From Tubulanus polymorphus (taxonomy: Eukaryota > Animalia > Nemertea), in NCBI RefSeq assembly GCF_964204645.1, contig NC_134031.1, positions 9,858,001 to 9,922,000 on the forward strand: a stretch of 64,000 bases of DNA, in the 5' to 3' direction. A program made the position numbers and the translations under genes. This document shows positions 1-13,329 of the stretch, one piece after another. Each line of letters opens with the position of its first letter. Within the stretch, counting starts at the first letter, position 1. The notes under the pieces are model-generated. The model ran no database searches and was not told the DNA's origin. It saw only the letters and a program-made list of their open reading frames with translations.

Positions 1-1299
1 TAATGCGGCTAAATAACACAGGGGGCGACACTGTACGGACAGCATTTTGCGGTATTTTTCTCGCTTTGCGATCATCTCAAGGTCGTCTCATTGAAATAAT
101 TTTGCGAGTATCAAATCGACAAATCGTATCATATTCCCTAAACCCAATAAAATGAATTTATTATTACTTTTATTAGTTAACTCGGAACTCATGAACTCAT
201 GTCGTCTCAGACGCCTGAGACGACACCTTGGGTTCATGAGTTCCCAAGTTCATAACTTCCACAGTTTATGATATTTCGAGTTTATTTGGGCATGTACAAC
301 ACTATGAAATTATGCGACATAAAGAATCCTATTATAAGGATGTTAAATCCGATTACGTCAAGAATTAGCTAAAAAAATGATGTCCCGCATCAACCAAGAC
401 TGGTTGACTGTGCCCAATTCTGCACTGGCAGTCATATGAAGTCGACCGGCAACCAGTCTATCATCAGACATCAGCTTTCTTGATGGTTTATAGAAAATAA
501 ATAGATGCAGGTATCCAATGCATGGGTTTTCACGCAGGATTCTGTTATGTACTGGGGGCATTGCTCACCTTCCGAGACTTGACGATCTTAAGATGAAACT
601 ATCATGGCAGCTGCCAGGCCAACGGGCGACAAAATCGACGAACAATCCTGAAATAAAAAGAATCTATTTTGACAGAACAATTAGTTTTGTTGAAATAATT
701 ATTTTCGATTTTAAATTAAAGTCCAAATAACAGCATACAGCCTGGCTGCTCGTGCAAGTTTGAATGCATCATGTAAACTAAAGAAATTCGGATTGGTCAG
801 ACTGTCAATCAGGAAAATAAGATTTTTTCCTTGGAAGTTGCGATTTTTACTCCAATGGGTAAATTTAAATGTTACAAACAATGTGTTCTTTTTGTCTTGT
901 CAGTTTTTATACATAAGACTTTCTGTAAGCAAGAGGGAGAGGGCATACGCGCATACACACAGCATGGGGGTTGAAGAATCATGTAACTAAAATATTGATT
1001 ATTATTACTTATAAATATTGATCCATGAGCATTGGGCCCAGAGGGCATACGCTAGATTGCTTCATTTCGACTCTGTAAACGGTCCTGCATGCAATGATGG
1101 ATAGAAGCAGGGAACTTTTTATGTTTTTATGGGAATAATGATACATCACAAACAAGGATCAAGGGCCGGTACCGTACTGGTAAGTTAAATTTTTTTATAA
1201 GTCTAAGAGAGGGGTTTGCATTTGTTTCTGGCAAATTGCTTAGATGGTACACCGCATTGAAAAGAAAAAAGTCACCACGCGCAGAACATTGCCAAATCG

Positions 1300-2321
1300 G
1301 ACAGTATCGTGTTAATTTCCGGCCTTGAACTTACCATCGGCAACACACACCCTGTGCATTTATCGAATGAAAACTTGTTCGGTTCACAAAGTCTCTTTCA
1401 ATTTCATTTCTTGGAGCTTGACTACGTATATGTGTTCCATCAACACAACCAATAACACCGGGGAAATTTCCGACTTCATAAAAATCAGATTTCGTTTTTG
1501 CCAGTTCTGCTGAGCCTCTCGGAAACCTGATAAAATCTGATTCTTCGAGCAAAGTGCGTCGGTTACACGAGTAGTAATAGATTTCGAAACTGTTGATTTC
1601 GATACACCAAAACTTTCTCCGATTACCTCCAAAAATGAGCCACTGTTATAAAATCGAAGTGCCATAAGAACTTGCAGTTCGACAGTCAAAGGCAATCCAC
1701 GATTGCACGTTTTTTTCTGCCATCAATGGTCTACATATTTCAATGATTCTCTGCACACCCGCTGTTGAAATCTATGTATATAAAGTTAAATTTGTGCTTC
1801 CTTTACCGGTATTGTTGAAATTGTGTACCATTACTGTTGGATATTTGTATACAGTATTATCGTATTATCCTTAAATCCTTCGCGTTTCGCTTCACGTAGA
1901 ATTGAATAGATTTAGTAAACCATGAACTTCTAACCGTATAAATTTTCGGGGCATTTTTGTAAATGCACATTCTTATCCTGTCATTCGTATTAGAAGTATG
2001 CCAACACTACGCTATGGCTGGATATAGCAATTGTAAGTTATCAAATTATCACAATTTTCCGCTAATTTTATTGTATTGTTACTCATTTAGTTGTTTTTGT
2101 ATTGTAGCAAACCGGTACTCGGTACTCGTTATTTTGCAGTCGTAAATAAAATCCGAGTTGAAGCTATTCCGTCGTTTTCGTTGATCGTAGTTGCTGACAC
2201 CCGCTCTTGTAAAGCGATATCTATTATAGCATTCAACATCCGTGATTTCGAGTTGATTTGTAATCCTTCGATATTCTTTATTTTTGGTTTCTCTACCCGC
2301 TAATAAGTAGAATGTCGCCAT
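1300..2321 (-). pseudogene. PIF/Harbinger (HARBI1-like) DDE transposase, frameshifted and split by a solo LTR
   Basis: Fragments read MATFY...RYRFTRAG|VQRIIE...LPLTVELQVLMALRFYNSGSF...GVSKSTVS and FPGVIGCVDGTHI...FVNRTSFHSINAQGVC, typical of HARBI1. A Harbinger-like terminus (rev. comp. AGAACCCGGTTCCACAG) with AACTC subterminal repeats lies at ~2340-2472. Confidence 0.9.
1763..2199. mobile_element. Solo LTR (437 bp, TGT...ACA, 5-bp TSD CCCGC)
   Basis: CCCGC at 1758-1762 and 2200-2204 flanks TGTTG...CTGACA. Removing the insert restores the transposase frame RFTRAG-VQRIIE. Confidence 0.8.
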
Positions 2322-3170
2322 TTTAAATTTATTTTTGATTCAGGTCTGACCCAGAGTTAGAATTTCACTCAGAGTTAAGGAATTTGACTCTTGAGTTAAA
2401 TTTAACACACAACCGTGGAACCGGATTTAACCCTGAGTTAAAAGTTAATCAAGAACTGTGGAACCGGGTTCTGTATTCTTTTAATTTATCTTGCATTTAT
2501 TGCACAAAAGAGTACTAGGTAAATTTATTTTATGAACATTTTTCCAAATATTCTCATAAGTTTTTGCAAAATTCTTCGACCTACAGAGTTTTCAGGGGAT
2601 AAGAATCCCATTATTGAAAGGCGCCACGGGATGTTTATCCCCCGTCATTTCTAGTTACATTCCCTACGACCCACGTCTCACGAGAATTCCTTCAATGATT
2701 GGCAGAAACCACTATATATATTTACGGCGCCTAATGTGATTTCTACCAATCTCGAAATTCGAAACCGAAGGAAAAACCCGGAGAGTTGACAAAGTGTCTC
2801 TGCTAGCCAAAGCTACTCTTGTAGTGAAATGAATTGCCTTATATACTTAGCTAAAACATCGAAGTCAATATAAACGGTGTTTACTAAAGATAAACGTTAT
2901 TTGAAATTATAAATTATTCCGAATGAAGAGAATAAATGAATGAAAGCTAATAAATGAATCATGGATTTTTAACTTAATTATGATCTCATTTTTAATTGAA
3001 TTTATAATCAATTAACATAGATGATTTTAATTAAATTCAAATTCAAAGAATAAATTCAATGCTGCGTATCTCAGTGCTGCCATCTTTCAATTTAAGAAAA
3101 AGCTAACGATTAGAAACGACTGTAATACTAACCACTAAAAATTAATTTTAATAGATTTTTTCCTAAATAA

Positions 3171-5381
3171 ATGGACGAGAAGATACAATGTGAAATTTTT
3201 GGTGAACTTCAAAGAAAAAGTAATATTACACGACATAAGAAAACTGTGATAACAATAAACCCTCTCATATAAACTGCCCAAATTGCAATAAATCATTCTC
3301 AAGAAATTATGTTATAAAACATTCAAAGAAGTGTAAAATTAATAATTTAATGGTTAATGTTGATAGTAACGAAAATAATAATAATTCTGTTGAAACTGAA
3401 CCTGAAATGATTTGGAAAAGACCTTTTTCATCTTATGACAAGAATAATATAAAGAAACATTTCTGTGAGCATTGTCGAATAAAATTTCGCCCTGAAAATG
3501 TAGAAGAATGTGAGAAACACCAATTAAATGAAGTACATTTAAATAAAATTTGTAAATTTGAAACAGAATTCAATGAAAGAAAAAAATATATATATATTAG
3601 GAAAATAAAATATGAGAAAACGTTACCAGATAATAAAGAAACACTTGAAAAGTTAGAAAACCAATACTAGAAAGAAACTTTAAAAGAGGACGTTCGTTTG
3701 TGAAACGCATGTAGACCCAGACACCTCCCACATTGATTGGAAAATTTGAATACCGGCTATTCAAGTGTCATCCTACTGCGTAATTCAAAAATTATTCTTT
3801 GGGATTCAAAAATTGAGGAATCAACCATAAATTCTGCCATAAGTTTTACATTTATTCAAAAAATTGAGTAGGAGGCCGGTGAAGGTTTTAACGTTTCAAG
3901 TTTAAGAGACTGAATGCAAGTGGATTTAGGGGTTGGACTAGTCCTACCCTTCAGAATTTGAATGTGCCCGCCAAAAAGTATTTGAATAGATTTTCTAAGC
4001 AAAAATAAATCCAAATGGCATAAAATAACCCTTTTGGTCCTATATATTCGGAGGGCCAAAGGAACCCCACCCATGTTTGCCTTGCACTTAGATAACCATA
4101 AAATAAAAGTAGTCAGGAAGTATTAATGGCAAGAAAACTTGAGTAAAATATTTATTAAACACATTTTATAACAGGATATGATCTGTATTCAAATGTGTGT
4201 CTGCCAGATGATGTTTCTTCTAGGCTGTTTATATCCTAAAAATTAAAAAAAACAAAAACAACGACAATAGATATTTCAATACATGTCCCCTGGACAAGAA
4301 TTATTTCAGAGAGAGTCTATAAAACGTGAATACTTGATTGTACAATCTAATGGCATAGCAGTTGGCTCCAGTTGAAAAATCATTGGACAAAAGAATAAAT
4401 CCCAACTTGAAGACACCATTTCTGATGCGGAATTTGAGGAAATCTCTAACTAACTGGCCTTAAAACGACCTTAAACGTCTGTCAACCAAATCGGAAGTGC
4501 GTCATCAACTGGCAAACCGATCACATAAGGACGTTCGTCTAACGAACGTCCTAATCATGAATTAGTAAGAAAAACGTATTATTGTAAATATTGTACATTG
4601 ATTATTACGACAAGTAATTCAAATCTACATAATAAAACAATAAAACATAAAGAAAATGTAAGTAAATAACAAGAACTTAATGAACATCTATTGCCAAGAT
4701 ATGATAAAAAAAAAAAATCACAATGTATTTAAGAGTATTTAAGACAAGAAGATTCTGTGATATTTTGTAAAGAATGTGGATGGCAAAGAAATTTATGGGG
4801 TGATGAAAAAACTAGAGATATTCTTATAGAACCAAAATTAAAATATCTAGATGAAATTTTTAAAATATTTTCTATAGAAGATCATACACCAGAATATATG
4901 CAATGGCATGAAAAAATGAAAATAATAGAAAATAAAAATGGTGAAATAACTAAGAAAGATATAATAAAATCAATTATTCCATCAACATGTTACACAAGAA
5001 AAGAAAATGTATTTATATTTATAATTTAACGATTATTATAAAAAACCTCAATTAACAAAAGAAGATATGAAAAATATAAAAGAAACATTCATAAAAATAT
5101 TGAGATATTATGTGGATAATAAAATAACATATTCAATTAATTATGAATTCTTTTTGAATAAAATTGCACATTTTTTAAACATCGATATTATAATTCCCTT
5201 TGATGAATTAACAAATAAAAAGAAACAAAAAGAGTGAGATGAAATGTGGAATAATATAGAATTTTATTTAAATAAGAAAAATTAAATGGAAGAACCTAAA
5301 GAAATAATAGAAAAACAATTAGATGAAAATGAAGAAGCCAATAGTGATTTCGAGTACGATGATGTCGATATTATGTTTTAA
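3171..5381 (+). pseudogene. Polinton-associated multi-zinc-finger ORF, degraded, convergent with pPolB
   Basis: Repeated CxxC...H motifs (CPNC, CEHC...HQLNEVH, YYCKYC, FCKEC). Frame resumes after the 3685-4555 insert (KETL|NHELVRKTYYCKYC). The 3' end recurs inverted at 60690-60980 next to another pPolB C-terminus. Confidence 0.65.
3685..4555 (-). mobile_element. Non-autonomous Helentron/HINE-like element
   Basis: Subterminal IR AGGACGTTCGT at 3687 and terminal hairpin AGGACGTTCGT-CTA-ACGAACGTCCT at 4528-4552. Inserted in an A/T run with no clear TSD; interrupts the ZnF ORF. Confidence 0.6.
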
Positions 5382-8300
5382 CAACCGTTAGGTAATGTTT
5401 TTATTCCATCATCCAAAATATATCTTTTATCATCGAATGGATTGAAGCTAGTTTTTTCAACTTCATTAATGTACATCTCGTGATCTTCTGGTCTTAAACA
5501 ATTCATTTTATGTTTCATTACTATTGCGTTATATAAACACTTTATATAATCTTGAAATTCTATACGTTTATCAACCACATGCTTTGTTATTCCTTTTAAC
5601 TTTTTAGCTTCATGATCTTTAGTTCTATAAGTATACATTTTAATTCTTATCCCAACAAATCAATCATTTCATCACCCCCTAATTCATCTTTAAACTTTCA
5701 AGGAATTTTTTTTATTATCATTGCCAAATAGTTCTTGATCTTTTGGATAATTGCTAAAGTCAAAATGATGTTTTTATGTTTTTAAGTCTTTTTTTATGTT
5801 ATTTGTCTTTATTTTTAGTACGTAACAATCGGTATTGAACGCTATTAATGGAAACCCACAGTTAAATGTGCCATCTTCAGTTGATAAATCATAAACATAG
5901 TCAGATGGGTTGGATGTTTCAAATAAATCTTTAACTTCTTCAGTTATATCTTTTTCTGTATGCCTAAGATTAAAACAATTTTGCTTAGATTTAATCACTC
6001 CAATATTCATATTAAAACCTAATGAATTGCATAATATATTTAATCCTGATAAAGCAACTTTTCCTATTTGTGCAAAAGATATTGTTTTGTGGTTTTTACA
6101 TCTTTTTGAACCATCTGCTGCATGAAATCCAATGAAAAACCATTTTCTTAATTTATATTTTGCATTTAATACATAATCTGGCACGATCTTTTCTTTGGTT
6201 GAAGTATTACTTTTTAACTATTGCATGCATATAGAATTCGTCATTATATTTGGTAGCAAAATCGTTAGGGTTATTCACAAGTATTATATAAACTGCTGTT
6301 GATTTCATATGATCCACAATTCTAAATGTTTCATTTGGATAATTTCTTCACAATATTTTTTAATTCTTTTTAATTATTTCAAATCTTGGTTACATAAATA
6401 CCAACAATATTTAGTGCGCCTAACATATTTATAAACGCCTGCTGATCCATCTCCCATAAAAAATCCTTTGATAAAATATTCTTTTTCTTCTAATGTTTGT
6501 GGTTCTATGTAATATATATTATTAATTATTTCATCAAATGACATATGATTCATTCTTGGATAAAATCTTTATGTAATAATTCATCTCCAATTTTCATATC
6601 AGTTGGTTTTGTTTCATCACCACTTTGTTTAAAAAAATTATGATCTTCAGTTACATCTACAAACTCTAATTTAGTTCCAACTCTATAAATCTTTAAATTT
6701 AATTATATTCTTTAATTTTTTCCATCCATTTTTTTGTCAAAAAATCCATTAATCCATTTATTTGTATTAATTCTTTTTCACCATATGAAATATAAGGTTC
6801 ATTTTGTTTAGGAATTATTTCTGAAATTCTTCTAATTGATATTAGATTATTATATCTCAATAATATTGGAGTATCAGCTGTTACAAAATCAAAATATAAT
6901 ATTTCAATATGTTTTTCCCCAAAAAGTGGTTGTAAAACGTTATAATAAAAATCATACGTAAATAATTTTGATATTTCTAAAACAGTTGAACCAATGAATA
7001 TAGGTTTATTAAATTTCATTGACGTTCTTTTCAATTTCACTGCTGTTAAATAATCTTCAAATCTTTTATTTCCTAAGTGTCTAGGATTTGATTGTAAATG
7101 TCTCAATCGTTCCGAATTATTTACTAATTCAATATCATTTCCATTTCTAATATTTTCACATGTTTTTCCATGAAAACTATTATTCATTAATCTAAAAAAT
7201 CTTTTTCAAAATCTGTTTTAGATATTGTTCTCTGTTGAGTATTGAAATCTATATATTTTTCTAACCACTTCGATTGATTAAATTTAATATATCAATATAC
7301 TTTGTTTAATTTCATTCCTTGTTTTAGATAAAATCTTAATATTCTATAATGAACAATATAATTATATTTATTATTTTGTGTTAATATTAATTTTTCAGTA
7401 AAAGCATGGTCTTTCGGTTTTATTTTTTTCTGGTATTCACTTAGATAACTATCATCTACGGCTAAATGTTCTGGGCAATATGGTAAGTTTTTAGATTTAA
7501 ATTTTTTTCATCATCATTATATTCTGTTAGATATAAAGCCTCTAATAAAGAATCTTTAATATTTTCATCTTTTGTCTCTGGTAATTGCATTAATTCGAAT
7601 ACATTTATTTCTAAATTATTAACTTTTCTATTTTAGGTATCATTTTTATAGTTTCTGGATATTGATCAATTTTATATAATGTTTCATATTTCCGATAATC
7701 TGTTATTCTACAAACATTATCCTGCGTTCGGTGTAAACAACTAATAATTGACCATACAAACATTTATTATCTTCATTGTGAGACCTGCTCACAATTATTA
7801 CTGCTTTTGTTGTAAATGGTAATTTAATATAAGATGATGCTTTAATATCCTTTTCTGTTGTTAAGTTTGAATCATTTTTAAACATTGTATTACTTTTTGA
7901 TGCTTCATTCCTTTTTGTATTATATATATTTAAATCTTAAAATACAATTTCATTTAATGTTTAACCAGAACCCTCGAAATATCTTTCTTCAATATGACGT
8001 TTAAATTCATTAAATATTTTTTCTAATTTCTCTTTATTTTGTGTTTTTGAAATTATTTCTTCAGAATGTGTTTGAATGTTACACTCCATTTTTACTTCTG
8101 ATTTTATGAAACTTACTTTTCCAGAAATACTAATTTTTGGATATTCAACATCTGTTACAAAGTCCATTATTTTTTCCATCATTTCAATATATTTACTATA
8201 ATCTTCTATTGTTGGTGCCTTTAAAAAATCTAAATATTATAGCTGCCGGTACAATTTTACTACGTAATGTTTCTAAAATTTCAATTGTATCTTTTATTTC

Positions 8301-8782
8301 TAGTGAATCAATACAATTTTACTACGTAATGTTTCTAAAATTTCAATTGTATCTTTTATTTCTAGTGAATCAATATAATTTCTAACATTTTCCATGTGAG
8401 GTTTATTTGGAATAGATTTAGTTTTTGAAGCTGGTTTTATTACTTGTTGAGGTTTATCATCAAAATATTCTGTTCCTAAATTATTTTTATTTAAATTTTT
8501 TTGGTGTTTTTGTGATTCGAGATGTCTTTTATAATTCCTTTTTGCTATAAATTCATTACAAACATAACATTTAATTTCATCTTTTTTCATATTTTCTAAT
8601 TGTTCTTTTCTTTCATTGGAATTTTCTGGTGTCTCAAAATCTATAACATTTTTTTCAATGATTTACAGTTTTTTCGTATCCAGATTTTTTAGATTCATCG
8701 ATGTATTTTTTTTACAATATGGACAATAATATTGATTTTTATTAACATCAATTTTTTCTTTCTGGAACTCACTGTCTCCCAT
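5378..8782 (-). pseudogene. Polinton/adintovirus protein-primed DNA polymerase B (pPolB), copy A, internally deleted, intein-containing
   Basis: N-terminal Zn fingers (YYCPYC, CYVC...HLESQKH), ERYFEGSG, SSYIKLPF...NEDNKC, motif B MNNSFHGKTCEN, KPIFIGSTVLEISK, motif C split by an intein, C-terminus KLKGI...FDDKRYILDDGIKTLP. Many stops and frameshifts; 62-bp tandem duplication at 8251-8374. Confidence 0.92.
5834..6887 (-). mobile_element. Intein with LAGLIDADG homing endonuclease in pPolB motif C (copy A)
   Basis: YFD|FVTADTPILL (block A; TTT here, TCT/Ser in the other copy), VDVTEDH (block B), YFIKGFFMGDGS and WFFIGFHAADG (LAGLIDADG motifs), YVYDLSTEDGTF...LIAFN|TDC (blocks F/G). Confidence 0.9.
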
Positions 8783-8854
8783 TTATAAGGAAAAATATTA
8801 CTTGTGGTGATGAGTGATTTGTCGACCTCTCGCACTCTGATCTGAAAACGTCAT

Positions 8855-10260
8855 TTAATAAATAATCAATTGTTAAATTATATAAAGTAACTGCTAATGT
8901 TGATTTTAAAATATCATTTATATAAAATCTATCGACATTAATATTTCCTATTTTCAATACTTTTTAAGCCAGCCTTAAACTATACAAATGGAGCGAATTT
9001 AAATGACATGATTTCCAGAGTAAAGGCTCTTTGACTGTGCAACTGGGCATATATTCATACAAATCATTCATTAGAGTATTATCCATTCTCCATCCCCTGA
9101 CGCTGAATTTTGAAAGAGGGTCGTTCAAATTTAAAAGAGCTTTTTCGCGAAAATCTGATCGCAAAAATATCTATTTTAAAGGGCCAGTCTGAAAGCAAAG
9201 ACTCCTCTATGATTGGCTTAGCCGCAGAGATCAGTAGGTGTTCACGTGAACCCGCGGTATCGTCTACCGTTTTACTTCCGGGTTTCATTTTAAGTTCTAA
9301 AATTATATTTCAATATCGATTTCTGTGAAATCTTTAGTTGATTTAGTTTTTGGGAGGAATATTTTTATTTGCACTACAGAAAATATCATCGACAATTGTG
9401 CAGTCAGGGAAAAATAGCTTTTTCTCAAATCGGATGGATCAAGTGGAAACTGCGAATTCAATAGAATTTTATTCTGCAAAAAATATCAAATCCAATTCAA
9501 TTTTACGTTATTGAACAAGGTTAATCAGCAAATTCAATTTTGTTTTTATTGAGCAAATTTTTGAAAATTCAATTCTATTCTGCATTCCTAATCAATAAGA
9601 CCAAGGGAAAAGATTTATCTGAGGTATTTGTTCTTGCCAGCTCCAGTCGCTGTCTGTGCTACTTATAAAAACACGATATTAGCCTGGGATTGACTCTATG
9701 AGCTGGGAGTGTATTTGGAAAAATTTAACCCACAGAATGCACCATTTGCCATTTTGTGAAAAGCTGACAGGCTCGCCATAGTGCTTCTTGGGCTCTAATT
9801 TAAATATCATTGTATATCTAACAGTTCCAACTGATAATAATGCTCCATTATATAATCCATTTCAAAATATTTAGATAATTTAGTTATAATTAATTCAACA
9901 TTTATAATATTACTATTTTTATGTTTATCATATATTTCAGTTATAATGTTTTTAGATCATTAATGATAAAATCTTCATCTAATTCATAAAATCTTACAGA
10001 ATTTCCAATTAAATCAGTAATATTTTCTACATTATAATTTTCTTTATTTATTGTTGTTTCATAATCAAATAATTTTCAAGTAGTATTCTTAATATGAGTT
10101 CAAATCATTGATTTCAAATTTCATTTCTTTGTCACGGTTAAAATCAAAACCAAAACATAAACTCGGTCCAACAGTTATATTCATTTTAATATAGTGAAAA
10201 AATTATTCTTTACATCTTATAACTAATTCATAAATTACAGGAAAGTTATTTAAATCAATT
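8855..10260 (-). pseudogene. Polinton small-ORF cluster, split by an ~830-bp insertion at ~8968-9795
   Basis: KIGNINVDRFYINDILKSTLAVT...DYL and the adjacent ORF match the uninterrupted paralog at 36190-36860. Confidence 0.6.
8968..9795 (+). mobile_element. Unclassified interspersed repeat; partial inverted copy at ~18885-19490
   Basis: ~600 bp of clear inverted similarity, e.g. GTTCACGTGAACCCGCGGTATCGTCTACCGTTTTACTTCCGG vs 19184-19226. The empty site is visible at ~36320. Confidence 0.7.
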
Positions 10261-10380
10261 ATGATTTCTAATTTCTAATTGAAAATGATTAAATTTTGAA
10301 ATGCAAGGTTTAAAATCACACTCTGATGAATTATGATTAATTTGTGTTCCAAATTGATTTACATTACTTAATGGTAAAAT

Positions 10381-12960
10381 GAAAGGCTGAATCCAAGAAC
10401 ATGTCTATCGCACTTTTGAGTCCAAACGTCTACTTTTACTTAGTAGCCACTTGAGAACAATAAGCAATTAACGATATCGGCTACTTTTCCTTAAGTATAC
10501 ATTTCAAAACAGTCACTCTGAAATTGTATTCCTTTCAATTCGGTTGGTTTTATATAGTGGCTGTTTCAAAGAGTCTACTATAGAAAAGTGACCATTTTAA
10601 AACATCTGGTTTTGATAGTGCACACTAGCAGTAGAGGTGACTGTAAAACCACCCGTCTGTAAACGGTGACTTTGTGATAGTAACTCCTACCATAGCAGCT
10701 ACTCTCAAAACACATCGTTCCTAAAAGTCAACTATTGAAAAGTGACCATTTTGAGATGGCTTGGTAATTTCCTGTTTAAAATAGCAGCATCTGTTAAAGA
10801 TTTGCAGTGATACGTGACCGGTTCAAAGGTACCATTAAACCCTATATGCTTTGTATACAGAACTCTGTATGCTTTGTATACAGTTCTGTGAATAGAAAAT
10901 CAAAGTTTTTGAGTTGCTAAGAATCTAATAATTTTTATATTACGCTCAACAAAATGGCAATATCCAATAGGAAAACTATTGATTTATATAACATCATCAT
11001 GGATTAAATCCATTAATACTAATACGTATTGTATAGTGCCTGTCCTAATTTCAGGGGCGGATCCAGGTGCATGTTGTGACCATGTCGACTAATAAAAAGG
11101 GCATAGACTGTAATTTCAGTTTCACATACTACCCTACTTAGTTGAGTAAATTGTTTATATAGGTTATCAAAAACCCAGCAGCAGCTATCGGTCAGCAGGT
11201 CAATTACACTGGCTAACTAGACAGTGATTGATGAACGAATGAACAAATTGCATTGGCCTGCAAAAGTTTTACCTCTTGGTAATAAACTTAGCACCGCAAT
11301 ATTTTAATTTGAATAATAAAATAATACGCCAAAATGTACAATGTTTGAACTTCGCTGAATCGAAGAACCAATGACTCGCTGAATTATAAGACAATTATCT
11401 GTTTTTCCAACTAACGTCTTTTTCACTTTGTCGTAAAATAATAACTACTAATATGTGGCACCATATTCGACAACAGAAGTGCATTCAGAGTAAGAATAAC
11501 GTTACCAAAACTTGAATTTGGAAGCGAATGCGGGCTAGAACCAACTGAGGTACCGATTTAAGGTGCAGATATATAGGGAATCCCTATCATAGCGACCAAC
11601 ATGGTTGTAAATTGCTTCCATGCCGGAAAGTGAATAATTTTCGATCTAAACGACTACAGAACCCGAAGAAGTGGAATAAAATACTCTAATCCGTTAACTG
11701 TAGATAAATTAAGAAATACCACAATATAATTTTGTATCATGAAATTTATCAAAGTTAAATCACTCCGTTTTAGGAATGCCTACATTCCACCTGATGATGG
11801 CTGTTAGTCAACAGTTGAAACGTTGCGGTTTCACCAAATTTTATCATATTTAAAATTCTATTACGGGAGTTCATCATTCATGACCCCGGTGACGATCACC
11901 AAAGGCCGTTACTGTAATCCAAATGAAATCTTGAATACCATACAAAGTTTCTTATTGCTATTAAATTCGATCAAATATGGGCTCAATTTAGATGATTGTT
12001 TAAAATCCACATGGATTTGTTAAAGAAAAAATCAATGATTCAGCGAAATTAGAATTCAGGGAAATTCGAACACTTCGAAATGCACATTGTAATTTAAGAT
12101 GCAAAGAAATCTAGGCTACCGCTGAAAATAAACTACCATTTCAATAATGAGAGGTTAGCCTGAATGTATGATTGCGCTTTTAATTCAAGAATTTAAATCA
12201 AAAATGAATGCAGACCTATGCTTTGAAATAGCTGCATTTGTTAGAATTGAATTCTTAATTGAATTATATCGCCATGAAAAGAAGGAAATTTCAATTTATC
12301 TTAAAACTACATAACTATTGACAATTTGTAAACAAATTTAACTCCAATCTCGACTTTAATTGGTTAGAGTTGGGAATCTCTCATTACATTTTACATCCTC
12401 AAAGAGTATCTTCAATATCTTCAGATCTTAACTGAGTCACTCTAAATAGAACAATACCCAAAACTATAGCATGTCAGTGAGTAGAGATTTCACAATAGTT
12501 TCTGAGTATGTTTATATTGTCACGTATCACTGCAAATCTGAAGCATATGTTGCTGTAGTGTATTTATAACAGGGAATCTGGCAAGCGATCTCAAAATGGT
12601 CCTCTTTCAATAGTTGACTTTTAGGAACGATGTGTTTTGAGAGTAGCTGCTATGGTAGGAGTTACTATCACAAAGTCACTGTTTACAGACGGGTGGTTTT
12701 ACAGTTTTACTGCTAGTGTGCACTATAGAAACCAGATGTTTTAAAATGGTCACTTTTCTATAGTAGACTCTTCGAAACAGCCACTATATAAAACCAACCG
12801 AATTGAAAGGAATACAATTTCAGAGTGACTATTTTGAAATGTATACTACTTGAAAAGTAGCCGATATCGTTAATTGCTTATTGTTCTCAATTGGCTACTA
12901 AGTAAAAGTAGACGTTTGGGCTCAAAAGTGCGATGGACACGTTCTTGGATTCAGCCTTTC
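10381..12960. mobile_element. Non-autonomous long-TIR DNA transposon (Sola-like), copy 1
   Basis: GAAAGGCTGAATCCAAGAAC...GTTCTTGGATTCAGCCTTTC, TIRs ~380-430 bp, 4-bp TSD AAAT at 10377-10380 and 12961-12964. No transposase seen. Confidence 0.85.
11787..11828 (+). ncRNA. Candidate minimal type I hammerhead ribozyme (Penelope-type)
   Basis: CCAC-CTGATGA-TGGCTGTT-AGTC-AACAGTT-GAAA-CGTT-GCGG: both core boxes, a pairing helix II, palindromic AACGTT helix III remnant, imperfect helix I. Lies in a ~740-bp segment absent from the paralogous transposon copy. Confidence 0.5.
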
Positions 12961-13329
12961 AAATATTCAATATCCTAGAATTACAAATTGTACTTATATT
13001 TGCTTCGAATGTTTTTGTAGGATTTATTATATGGCAATTAATATAAAAATGTGTGAAAGGTACTATATTACCAAAATATCAACATTTGATTTTAGTTCAT
13101 CGGGACTAATTCCAAACAGTTTAGCTAAAGGTTTTCTTACCATAAAATTATGTTGTTCATCATTAGCTAACTTTATTCTTATTTTATCATTAATATCACT
13201 TTTTAATAATCTGATTTAAAGTCAGCAGATACTCTTATTTTTAAACGAGCTCTTTTATTAATTTCTTCTGTTTATGTTTCTAGATTATATAAAACCGATT
13301 TTAGAAATAGATGATACCATTTATTCAAA

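Noticed and set aside
518-730. Possible upstream SLC2A exon (MHGFSRR...)
   Set aside because: No GRR/GRF motif or TM pattern and no fitting splice phase; the 5' exons are probably outside the window.
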